A stretch of 64,000 bases of DNA from Patescibacteria group bacterium (GTDB taxonomy: Bacteria > Patescibacteriota > Patescibacteriia > SG8-24 > DYFX01), in NCBI GenBank assembly GCA_030583805.1, contig CP129476.1, forward strand, positions 1,030,657 to 1,094,656, written 5' to 3'. The translations under genes and the position numbers were made by a program. The notes beneath the pieces were generated by a model. That model worked only from the letters and a program-made list of their open reading frames with translations. It was not told the origin of the DNA and made no database searches. Shown piece by piece: positions 56,489 through 64,000 of this stretch. Each line of letters starts with the position of its first letter. Position 1 is the first letter of the stretch.

Positions 56489-58321
56489 ATGGCCGCGAAA
56501 AAACCCGCCGAGTACGACGAACTGGACCGGATGCGCCACTCGGCCGCCCACCTCCTGGCGGCCGCCGTCACGAAGATGTTCCCCGAAGCCAAGCTCGGCG
56601 TGGGGCCCGTCATCGAGAACGGTTTTTATTACGACATGCAGCTTCCGCGCGCGCTCGGTCCAGAGGACTTCGCCGCGCTCGAGAAGACGATTGAAGGCCT
56701 CAAAAAGGAGAACGCTGAATTCCGCCGCGAGGAGATGCCGATCGATCAGGCGATCGAGTTTTTCCGCTCCCGCAACCAGGATTTCAAAGTCGAGCTCTTG
56801 AGCGACCTCAAGGCGCACGGCACAACGAACTTGAAAGACGAAGACGCGCAGGACGTCGACGGCTCCGGCACGGCTTCGCTCTATTGGACGGGGGATTTCG
56901 TCGACCTCTGCCGCGGCCCGCACGTCGAGCGCTCCGGCGAAGTCGGCGCCATCAAGCTGAAATCGGTCGCGGGCGCCTACTGGCGCGGCAAGGCCGAGAA
57001 CGCTCAGATGCAGCGCGTGTACGGCTGGGCCTTCCGCACGAAGGAAGAGCTTGAAGCGCATCTCAAGATGCTCGAAGAGGCCGAGAAGCGCGATCACCGC
57101 AAGCTCGGCAAGGACATGGGCCTGTTCGTGTTTTCCGAACTCGTCGGACCCGGCCTTCCGCTTTGGACGCCGCGCGGCACGATGCTTCGCGAAACGCTGA
57201 ACGAGTATGTCTGGGAGCTGCGCCGCGCGCACGGCTACCAGCGCGTGACGATTCCGCACATCACCAAGAAAGACCTGTACGAAACGTCCGGTCACTGGGC
57301 GAAATACGGCGACGATCTTTTCAAGATCAAGACGCGCGAAGAGCATCTTTTCGCGATGAAGCCGATGAACTGCCCGCATCACACGCAGATCTTCGACAGC
57401 GAGCCGCGCAGCTACCGCCAGATGCCGGTGCGCTATTGCGAGACGACCATGGTGTACCGCGACGAGCAGTCCGGCGAGCTTTCCGGCCTCTCCCGCGTGC
57501 TTTCCATCACGCAGGACGACGCGCACGTCTTCTGCCGCATGAACCAGGTCCGCGAGGAAGCCGAGAAGGTCTGGGATATCATCGAGACGTTCTACAAGAC
57601 GTTCGGTTTCGAGCTGAGCCTGCGTCTTTCGCGCCGCGATCCCGCGCAGCCGGAAAAGTACCTCGGCGCGCCGGAAGATTGGGATGCCGCCGAAAACGCC
57701 CTTCGCGAGATCCTCGACGCGCATAAGGTCGAATGGGTCGACGGCGTGGGTGAGGCCGCCTTCTACGGCCCCAAGATCGACTTCATGGCCAAAGATTCGA
57801 TCGGCCGCGTCTGGCAGGTCGCCACGATCCAACTCGATTTCAACCAGCCGAAAAACTTCGGCCTGAGCTGCACCAACGAAAAGGGGGAGAAGGAGCAGAT
57901 TCTCATGATCCACTGCGCCATCATGGGCTCGATCGAGCGTTTCATGAGCGTGATTATCGAGCATTTCGCCGGCGCGTTTCCTCTTTGGCTCGCGGCGGAA
58001 CAGATCGCGCTCTTGCCGGTGGGGGAGAAGCACCGCGAACCGTGCCGCGCGCTCGAAGCCAAACTGCGCGCGCTCGGTGCGCGGCCCTGGCTCGACGAAT
58101 CGGATGAATCCGTCGGCAAGAAAGTGCGGGGCGCCGAAAAGATGAAAATTCCGTACAGCCTCGTGCTCGGCGACAAGGAAATCCCCGCCGACGGCGATTG
58201 GAACGACGACGTGAAGCTGGCCGTGCGCGTTCGCGGCACCAAGGATGCCGTCGAGATGACGCTCGGCGAACTCTCCGCCCGCATCAAGGAAGAAATCGCG
58301 ACGAGGAAACTCGCTCCGTAA
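56489..58321 (+). CDS. thrS: Threonine--tRNA ligase (lacks N-terminal TGS domain)
   Basis: Editing-domain HSAAHLL motif, class II catalytic motifs, anticodon-binding domain. Confidence 0.9.
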   Translation: MAAKKPAEYDELDRMRHSAAHLLAAAVTKMFPEAKLGVGPVIENGFYYDMQLPRALGPEDFAALEKTIEGLKKENAEFRREEMPIDQAIEFFRSRNQDFKVELLSDLKAHGTTNLKDEDAQDVDGSGTASLYWTGDFVDLCRGPHVERSGEVGAIKLKSVAGAYWRGKAENAQMQRVYGWAFRTKEELEAHLKMLEEAEKRDHRKLGKDMGLFVFSELVGPGLPLWTPRGTMLRETLNEYVWELRRAHGYQRVTIPHITKKDLYETSGHWAKYGDDLFKIKTREEHLFAMKPMNCPHHTQIFDSEPRSYRQMPVRYCETTMVYRDEQSGELSGLSRVLSITQDDAHVFCRMNQVREEAEKVWDIIETFYKTFGFELSLRLSRRDPAQPEKYLGAPEDWDAAENALREILDAHKVEWVDGVGEAAFYGPKIDFMAKDSIGRVWQVATIQLDFNQPKNFGLSCTNEKGEKEQILMIHCAIMGSIERFMSVIIEHFAGAFPLWLAAEQIALLPVGEKHREPCRALEAKLRALGARPWLDESDESVGKKVRGAEKMKIPYSLVLGDKEIPADGDWNDDVKLAVRVRGTKDAVEMTLGELSARIKEEIATRKLAP

Positions 58322-58323
58322 AA

Positions 58324-58356
58324 GAAAAAACTCTCCCGAACGGGAGAGTTTTTTTG
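58324..58356. terminator. Bidirectional intrinsic terminator
   Basis: AAAAAACTCTCCCGAACGGGAGAGTTTTTTT. Confidence 0.65.
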
Positions 58357-59373
58357 TTACTTCTTGCCGAACAGTCGGGCGAAGAAGCCGGGTTTGTGTA
58401 TCGTCGTGCCGCTGCCTTCTTTGAGGTCTTTGTGGATCGACGTGCCGCTGCCTTCGGGAAGGCGCGATGCGTGCTGCCACGGAGCTTGCGGCGGTTTCGC
58501 GGCTTGTTCGCGGTCGTCACGCCGTTCGGCGTACACCCGCATGATCTGCTGTTCGTAATCGGCCAAGCTCTTTTGCGTTTCGCGCAGCTCAGCGCGCAGC
58601 TTGCGGGCCTGCCACCAACCGGCGCTTTCCAACTCGCGGTCGAGACGCGCCTTTTCAATCAAGAGGTATCGGTAGTCCTTGGCGTTGAAGACTTCGGAGT
58701 TCAGCTCGTTCCGTGCCAGCATCTCCTCGGCCTGCGCGGCCGCGGCCTCGACCTCTTCGTCCGTGTCGATGACCGTGTCCGTTTTCTTGCTGTCGTACGA
58801 TGCGGCGATCTGTTTGCGCACCTCGCCCATCTTGAGCGCGTCTTCGGCTTGCTGGCTCTCCGCCAACGCGGCGACATGCGAAGCGTCCTCGCCTTTTTTG
58901 AACCACGCTTCTTCCTCTTCGGTTTCCATGGCCGCATCCACGCGGGTTCCCATGTCGGCCATGCGCTTTTCCTTCGCTGCCGCCTTGGCGGCCGCGTCGT
59001 CGGCCGAGGCCTTCTTCGCAAGCGTTTCGGAGGACATCTCGACCCTGCGGGCGCGCTTCTTGCGCGGCGCGGCCGCCGGCACAGCCTCAGCCGCAGGCGT
59101 GATCGTCAGTTCGGCGTAGGGTTCGTTGTCGTTCATCGGTTCGTCGACCGTCATTTCCTTGAGATCGGCGTCCGTGAGCTCGATCTCGCCCGAGACTTCT
59201 TTCCTCGTTTCAGACGTTACGGGACTCTTGGAAGAAGCTTTCCTGCGCGTTTTTTTCGCGGGCGTGACGGGCATCTCGACGGGCTGCGTGTCGCTCAAAT
59301 CCCAACCCATGCCTTTTTCCGCGGCGGGTTCGACGGGCATGTGTTGTTCTGAAGTGCGGCGAGCGCGTGGCAT
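58357..59373 (-). CDS. Hypothetical acidic protein
   Basis: Start at MPRARR; Glu/Ala/Lys-rich. Confidence 0.35.
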   Translation of the reverse strand: MPRARRTSEQHMPVEPAAEKGMGWDLSDTQPVEMPVTPAKKTRRKASSKSPVTSETRKEVSGEIELTDADLKEMTVDEPMNDNEPYAELTITPAAEAVPAAAPRKKRARRVEMSSETLAKKASADDAAAKAAAKEKRMADMGTRVDAAMETEEEEAWFKKGEDASHVAALAESQQAEDALKMGEVRKQIAASYDSKKTDTVIDTDEEVEAAAAQAEEMLARNELNSEVFNAKDYRYLLIEKARLDRELESAGWWQARKLRAELRETQKSLADYEQQIMRVYAERRDDREQAAKPPQAPWQHASRLPEGSGTSIHKDLKEGSGTTIHKPGFFARLFGKK

Positions 59374-59445
59374 AGTGTGCGTGTGTGGATGAATGCAAGA
59401 AGAGTATAACATAAAACCCCGCACCAGTCGGTGCGGGGTCGCTCG

Positions 59446-59802
59446 TTACAGGGCTTTGCGCTTGCGCTCTTCCTCGAGAATGGTTTCAGCCATCGCGTCG
59501 AGGTTCCGGTGTTCCTGCTCGATCTCGGGACTTTTTGGGGTTTGGACCCCATACGATTCCGGCGTGCGCAGTTCCGGGTCGACAGCAGCCGTCATGTCCT
59601 CGATCATGTCATCCTCAAGCTTTGCCAGCTGACTTTCGTAGCTGCGAAGCTTTTCTTTGAGGAATCCGTGCTCGGGAGCATCGGCCGGAAGTTCGGCCAG
59701 TTCAGCCTCCGTTTTGCGGATTTCTTCACGGAGCATATCTGCCTCGGTGCCTGGTTGTTCGAGATTGGGAGTTTCAAGGCTCATAGTAAAGGAGAGTGTC
59801 AC
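59446..59802 (-). CDS. Hypothetical acidic coiled-coil protein
   Basis: 118 aa ORF. Confidence 0.3.
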   Translation of the reverse strand: MTLSFTMSLETPNLEQPGTEADMLREEIRKTEAELAELPADAPEHGFLKEKLRSYESQLAKLEDDMIEDMTAAVDPELRTPESYGVQTPKSPEIEQEHRNLDAMAETILEEERKRKAL

Positions 59803-59839
59803 TTGCCACTTTAGCCTAAAAATGCGAATTTGTCAACGT

Positions 59840-60748
59840 ATGAAACCGCTTCCGCGCATCATCGTCATTGTTGGACCGACGGCCTCCGGCAAGTCGTCTT
59901 TGGCGCTGAAGCTCGCGAAAGCGCTCGACGGCGAGATTGTTTCGGCGGATTCGCGGCTGCTGTATCGAGGCATGGATATCGGAACGGCGAAGCCAACGCG
60001 CAAAGAGCGGGAGAAAGTTCCGCATCACCTGATCGACGTCGTTCCTCCCTCCAAGACGCTGACGCTCGCCGAGTACAAGCGCAAAGCGCTCCAGGCGATT
60101 CGCGGAATCGTGAAGCGCGGGCGCCTGCCGATCGTCGTTGGCGGAACCGGGCTGTATGTCCGCGCGCTCGTCGAAAATTTGGAAATACCGGAAGTGCCTC
60201 CGGATCCCGAGTTTCGCGCTTCTTTGCGGAAAAAGGGAACTGCCTGGATTTTGGCGCGGGTGAAGAAGTTGGATCCGGAATACGCCGCGCGGATCGGTCC
60301 GAACCCGCGCTTCGCGACGCGGGCGCTCGAGGTGATCAAGGCGACGGGAAAACCGTTCAGCGCGCAGCAGGGCAGGGGGGCCGCGCTGTTCGACGCGCTC
60401 GTGCTCGGCCTCGATCCCGGCAAGGCCGTGCTGAAACGACGCATCGTGTCGCGGGTCGCCTCCATGTTCCGCTCGGGTTTGGCGGCGGAAGCAAAGCGGC
60501 TTGCGGACGCGTATGACGAAGCGCTGCCGAGCATGAGCGGGATCGGATATCGCGAGCTCTGGCCGTACGTGCGCGGAGAAATTTCACTGGCCGAAGCGAA
60601 AAAAACGATCGCAAAGAATACGGAGGCCTATGCCAAGCGCCAGATGACCTGGTGGCGCGGCATGGAGGGGATCGCATGGCATGAGCGCCCTGAAACCGCG
60701 ATGCGAGCTGCTAAAAAATGGCTAATGTCAGCCAAAGTATCGAAATAG
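59840..60748 (+). CDS. miaA: tRNA dimethylallyltransferase
   Basis: P-loop GPTASGKS; IVGGTGLY motif. Confidence 0.9.
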   Translation: MKPLPRIIVIVGPTASGKSSLALKLAKALDGEIVSADSRLLYRGMDIGTAKPTRKEREKVPHHLIDVVPPSKTLTLAEYKRKALQAIRGIVKRGRLPIVVGGTGLYVRALVENLEIPEVPPDPEFRASLRKKGTAWILARVKKLDPEYAARIGPNPRFATRALEVIKATGKPFSAQQGRGAALFDALVLGLDPGKAVLKRRIVSRVASMFRSGLAAEAKRLADAYDEALPSMSGIGYRELWPYVRGEISLAEAKKTIAKNTEAYAKRQMTWWRGMEGIAWHERPETAMRAAKKWLMSAKVSK

Positions 60749-60820
60749 GCCTTCTCAAAAGGCTTATTTTATGGCATAATAAGCTCAGAATTCTTAACGT
60801 CCCACCGTATGGAACCCGTC

Positions 60821-60979
60821 ATGGGCTACTGCGTGAAGTGCAAGGACAAGCGCGAAATCAAAGACGCGCAAGAGGTACAGATGCCCGCCAAGGGCGGTAA
60901 GACCCGCCCGGCGCTCAAGGGCGTCTGCCCGACCTGCGGCACCGGCATCTTCAAGATCCTGCCTTCCAAAGCGGCGTAA
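60821..60979 (+). CDS. Small zinc-ribbon protein (52 aa)
   Basis: CVKC...CPTCG Cys4; TGgCATAAT -10 upstream; terminator follows. Below ORF-track size cutoff. Confidence 0.45.
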   Translation: MGYCVKCKDKREIKDAQEVQMPAKGGKTRPALKGVCPTCGTGIFKILPSKAA

Positions 60980-60980
60980 G

Positions 60981-61012
60981 CCGGACTCCTCCCGAACGGG
61001 AGGAGTTTTCAT
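60981..61012 (+). terminator. Intrinsic terminator
   Basis: GGACTCCTCCCGAACGGGAGGAGTTTTC. Confidence 0.65.
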
Positions 61013-61064
61013 TTATGCACATGCGCATCTTGTCGGTCCCATTGCCCGATGCTAAAATCGGTTT

Positions 61065-61214
61065 TTCGCCAGAGAGCCGCAGGGGATTTTTCGACGGTGC
61101 TACTTCTCACGCACGTACGAAATCTCTCAGAGGGACTGCCGCGCCGCGTCGCGTCTGTCCAGCGCCCCTGCGGCTCCTTGGCGGAAACAAAAAAGCCCCG
61201 GACGGGGCTTTTTC
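61065..61214 (+). ncRNA. Candidate small structured RNA (own promoter + terminator, no plausible ORF)
   Basis: TGCTAAAAT extended -10 at 61050-61058; 12-bp long-range helix 61074-61085/61165-61176; terminator 61186-61214. Confidence 0.3.
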
Positions 61215-61216
61215 GA

Positions 61217-61699
61217 TTACTTTCCGCCGAACCAGCCTTTGATGCGGCTGAGCAAAGAGGTCTTCGGCTTGGTGCTGCGGGCAATCGTGTTGTCCATCGG
61301 GTAGACTTCGTCGGCGCTTCGTACCTGGGCTTTCCGCGCCGAGGCTGCCGTCAGTTCTTCGACGCGATCGCCTTCATCCATGAGACGCGCTTCCTGCGTC
61401 ATGTCCGGAATGGCTTCGAGGTTCTTCCGGGCTTCTTGCATTGCCGCCTCGTCCTTGATCCGCCGGGCTTCATGCGTCAGATCTTCGATTTCTTCGAGAT
61501 CGCTCTCCTTGAGTTCGGTGACGTCTTCCGTATCTTCCTTCGCTTCATGCGTCAGATCTTCGATCTCCTCGAGGTCGCTGTCCTTGAGCTGGATCTCTTC
61601 GGTGTTCTCAACCAGCTTTAAGTGCTTTTTCTTCTTCTCCGGCTTGGCAGCTTTCGGTTCAGGGACAGGCATCGCTTCGGCGGCATTGTGGCGCGGCAT
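61217..61699 (-). CDS. Hypothetical acidic protein with internal tandem repeat (SDLEEIEDLTHEA x2)
   Basis: 160 aa; ~78-bp DNA-level tandem duplication at 61458-61614. Confidence 0.4.
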   Translation of the reverse strand: MPRHNAAEAMPVPEPKAAKPEKKKKHLKLVENTEEIQLKDSDLEEIEDLTHEAKEDTEDVTELKESDLEEIEDLTHEARRIKDEAAMQEARKNLEAIPDMTQEARLMDEGDRVEELTAASARKAQVRSADEVYPMDNTIARSTKPKTSLLSRIKGWFGGK

Positions 61700-61710
61700 A
61701 GAAGAAAAGG

Positions 61711-63246
61711 TTAAAGCTTCCCAAGTTTCGCTTCGAGGATCTCGCGAACGAGATCGGGTTTTGCCTTGCCTTTGGTTTCCTTCATGACCTGGCCGACCAG
61801 GAACATGATTGCCGCTTGTTTGCCGGCCTTATAGTCGCCGACCACCTTTTCGTTGGCGAGAATGACGTTGTCCACGGCGAGTTCGAGGTCGCCGAGGTCG
61901 GAGACCTGCTCGAGCCCGCGTTCAGCCACGATTTGCGAGGGGTCCTGGCCGCTTTCGAGCATGGCGCGCAGGACTTCCTGCGCCGACGTCGAGTTGATTT
62001 TTCCGGCGTGGAGCAGCGTCAGGAATTCCGCGAAGTTCTCAGGCGTGAGTTTGGCGATGCGGATATCGGTTTTGATTTCCGCCATGAGACCGAGAAGCTT
62101 CGAGAGCAGCCAGCCGGAGACGAGCTTGGCGAACTTCGGTTTGACCGCGTCCCATTCTTCCTTTTCGCCGCTCGACGAGAGCCATTCCCTGAGCTCGGAG
62201 AAGGTCTGTTCGGTGAAGTCGGCGAGGCCGGGCGTTTCGACGATTTGTTTGGCATCGGCGGTTCCGAGCGCATACTCTTCGCGGAAGCGCTGGCGCTTGG
62301 CCTCCGGCAGCTCGGGCATCGTCCGGCGCACGGCGTTCTCCAGTTCGGCGAGTTCGAGCGGCGGCAGGTCGGGCTCGGGGAAGTAGCGGTAGTCGGCGGA
62401 GTCTTCTTTCACGCGCTGTTCGACGGTGATTTGCTTGTCTTCGTCCCAGCCGCGCGTCGTTGTGACCATGGGCGGCGTGCCGATCTCCCAGAGCTTCGTT
62501 TGGCGCAGGATTTCGTATTCGAGGGCGCGCTCGACGGCCTTGAAGGAGTTCAGGTTCTTCACTTCCGTTTTCGGGTTGAAGCGCGCGACGGATTCTTTCT
62601 CGACGGCCGGATCGTCGATGACTTGGCGCAGGCTGACGTTGGCGTCGCAGCGCAGGTGACCCTTTTCCATGTCGGCGTCCGAAACGCCGAGCGTGCGCAT
62701 GATGAGGCGCAGCTCTTGCAGGAAAGCCTTGGCTTCGGAGGCGGAAGCGAAGTCGGGCTCCGTGACGATTTCCGCGAGCGGCGTGCCGGCGCGGTTGAAG
62801 TCGACGAGGGAAGCGCGCCCGCCTTCGGCGTGCTGGAGTTTGGCAGCGTCTTCTTCAAGATGGAGGCGCGTGATGCCGATCGTGAAGACCGTGCGCTCGT
62901 TGCCTTTGGCGTACGGATTCTCGAGCGTCATCTTGCCGTCGACGCCGACCGGTTTGTCGAATTGCGAAATCTGATACCCCTTCGGCAGGTCGGGGTAGAA
63001 ATAGTTTTTACGGTCGAACTTCGATTGCGGCGTGATGCGGCAGCCGATGGCCAAAGACGCCAAAATGCCGTAATTGATCGCTTGCGCGTTGGCGACGGGC
63101 AGGGTGCCGGGATGCCCCATGCAAATCGGGCAGACGGCGGTATTCGGCGGCGCGTCTTCGGCGCGGTTGTCGCAGCCGCAGAACATCTTCGATTTTGTTT
63201 TGAGCTGGACGTGGATTTCCAGCCCGATCACGGGCTCCAAAGTCAT
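61711..63246 (-). CDS. gatB: Asp-tRNA(Asn)/Glu-tRNA(Gln) amidotransferase subunit B
   Basis: N-terminal IGLEIHVQL motif, GatB/YqeY C-terminal domain. Confidence 0.9.
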   Translation of the reverse strand: MTLEPVIGLEIHVQLKTKSKMFCGCDNRAEDAPPNTAVCPICMGHPGTLPVANAQAINYGILASLAIGCRITPQSKFDRKNYFYPDLPKGYQISQFDKPVGVDGKMTLENPYAKGNERTVFTIGITRLHLEEDAAKLQHAEGGRASLVDFNRAGTPLAEIVTEPDFASASEAKAFLQELRLIMRTLGVSDADMEKGHLRCDANVSLRQVIDDPAVEKESVARFNPKTEVKNLNSFKAVERALEYEILRQTKLWEIGTPPMVTTTRGWDEDKQITVEQRVKEDSADYRYFPEPDLPPLELAELENAVRRTMPELPEAKRQRFREEYALGTADAKQIVETPGLADFTEQTFSELREWLSSSGEKEEWDAVKPKFAKLVSGWLLSKLLGLMAEIKTDIRIAKLTPENFAEFLTLLHAGKINSTSAQEVLRAMLESGQDPSQIVAERGLEQVSDLGDLELAVDNVILANEKVVGDYKAGKQAAIMFLVGQVMKETKGKAKPDLVREILEAKLGKL

Positions 63247-63293
63247 AGTACGCCCATCCTAGCAGGTGTTTCCGCATAAAAAAAGCCCCCGAT

Positions 63294-63818
63294 CTAGGAC
63301 TTGGCGGGGGTGGGCTGAGGCATTCCGACATGCTCCCGCGCCTTTTCGGCGGGCGGGTTCATGGGGGTTTTTTTGAGGTACTCGTGCGCCAAGGCACAGA
63401 CGAAGAAATGTCCGAAGCATACGGCGATACTGGCGGGCTTATCTATGAAAGCGGCCGTAGTGACGATCCCGGAGATCAGCCATGCGACCTTGGCGGAATC
63501 GTAAGCGCCGATGTCGGCTTCAGACCCTGTCCGGATCGAGCTCTCCGCTTGCCGGTCCTTTTCAAGGTCGCCCGCCTGCTCGATCATGATGGTGAGCGCG
63601 CAGAGGGCAGCGATGACGCTGAAGAGCAGTGGATGGCTGTACCATATGCCGAGCTGCAGGAAGGCCGAGGCAAGCGCGGTTGCCGCAAGGGCGGCGATGG
63701 CATACCGGATCATCGACTTCCGCACGCCGAAGCGGCGCATGAGGAAGAAGCAGATCGAGTCGAAACGCTTCTGGACCGCGGCATCGAGCTTGGTAAGGAG
63801 CGAGAGGATATATCCCAC
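63294..63818 (-). CDS. Hypothetical membrane protein
   Basis: 174 aa, 4 TM helices. Confidence 0.35.
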   Translation of the reverse strand: MGYILSLLTKLDAAVQKRFDSICFFLMRRFGVRKSMIRYAIAALAATALASAFLQLGIWYSHPLLFSVIAALCALTIMIEQAGDLEKDRQAESSIRTGSEADIGAYDSAKVAWLISGIVTTAAFIDKPASIAVCFGHFFVCALAHEYLKKTPMNPPAEKAREHVGMPQPTPAKS

Positions 63819-63868
63819 GGGTACCTCCTTTGCGGGACGTCAAAACGTACAACGCCCTGACCGTGAAG

Positions 63869-64000
63869 TCAAGGCGTTGCGGGTGCGATTTCGAGGGCGC
63901 GAGCGACGTGCGGCCAGACGAGGTCGTGGCAGGCTTCGATCGATGGAAGTTCGCCTTCGGCCGTCACGCAGTCGACGAGGACGTAGTTGGGAAACTGATC
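63869..64000 (-). CDS. 3' end of an unidentified gene (truncated by window edge)
   Basis: Open frame on the minus strand ending at a TGA (63869-63871). Confidence 0.3.
   Translation of the reverse strand, partial: DQFPNYVLVDCVTAEGELPSIEACHDLVWPHVARALEIAPATP

Noticed and set aside
61458-61614. Tandem repeat as a possible CRISPR array
   Set aside because: Only two imperfect ~78-bp units, in-frame within a coding sequence, with no spacer-like unique segments or cas genes.
61015-61621. Plus-strand ORFs (75 aa and 190 aa) across the intergenic region and antisense to the acidic-repeat gene
   Set aside because: No start context. Low-complexity, Arg/Ser-rich translation overlapping a terminator and an antisense gene. 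The region is better explained as a non-coding RNA plus terminators.

Overview
High-GC (~63%) bacterial chromosomal segment, densely coded on both strands with many housekeeping genes: recG, radA, clpC-like, htpX, murI, rseP, pheST, hup, dnaE, thrS, miaA, gatB, three tRNAs, lemA, dsbA, comFC. Several traits fit a reduced-genome, possibly CPR/Patescibacteria-like organism (low-confidence guess): a PrgI/VirB3-like gene, GIY-YIG minigenes, a ThrRS lacking the TGS domain, short or leaderless mRNAs. The main points of interest are these. (1) A Gram-positive/CPR-style minimal type IV secretion-like operon (VirB6-like, PrgI/VirB3-like, VirB4, VirB8-like?) followed by ComFC, with VirB4 split into two ORFs by a single in-frame TGA. 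(2) A ~3 kb low-GC island (NERD nuclease; XRE-HTH fused to an ImmA/IrrE metallopeptidase; DUF4411 PIN-like protein) inserted just upstream of dnaE and bracketed by 38-bp direct repeats that duplicate the dnaE promoter region. (3) A low-GC GIY-YIG minigene bounded by 29-bp inverted repeats. (4) A second direct-repeat-flanked insertion: a HAD hydrolase cassette between recG and a MazG-like gene. (5) Candidate structured RNAs (61.05–61.21 kb; the hup 3'UTR). (6) Recurring TGnTATACT extended -10 promoters giving leaderless or short-leader transcripts. No CRISPR array, rRNA or transposase genes were seen.
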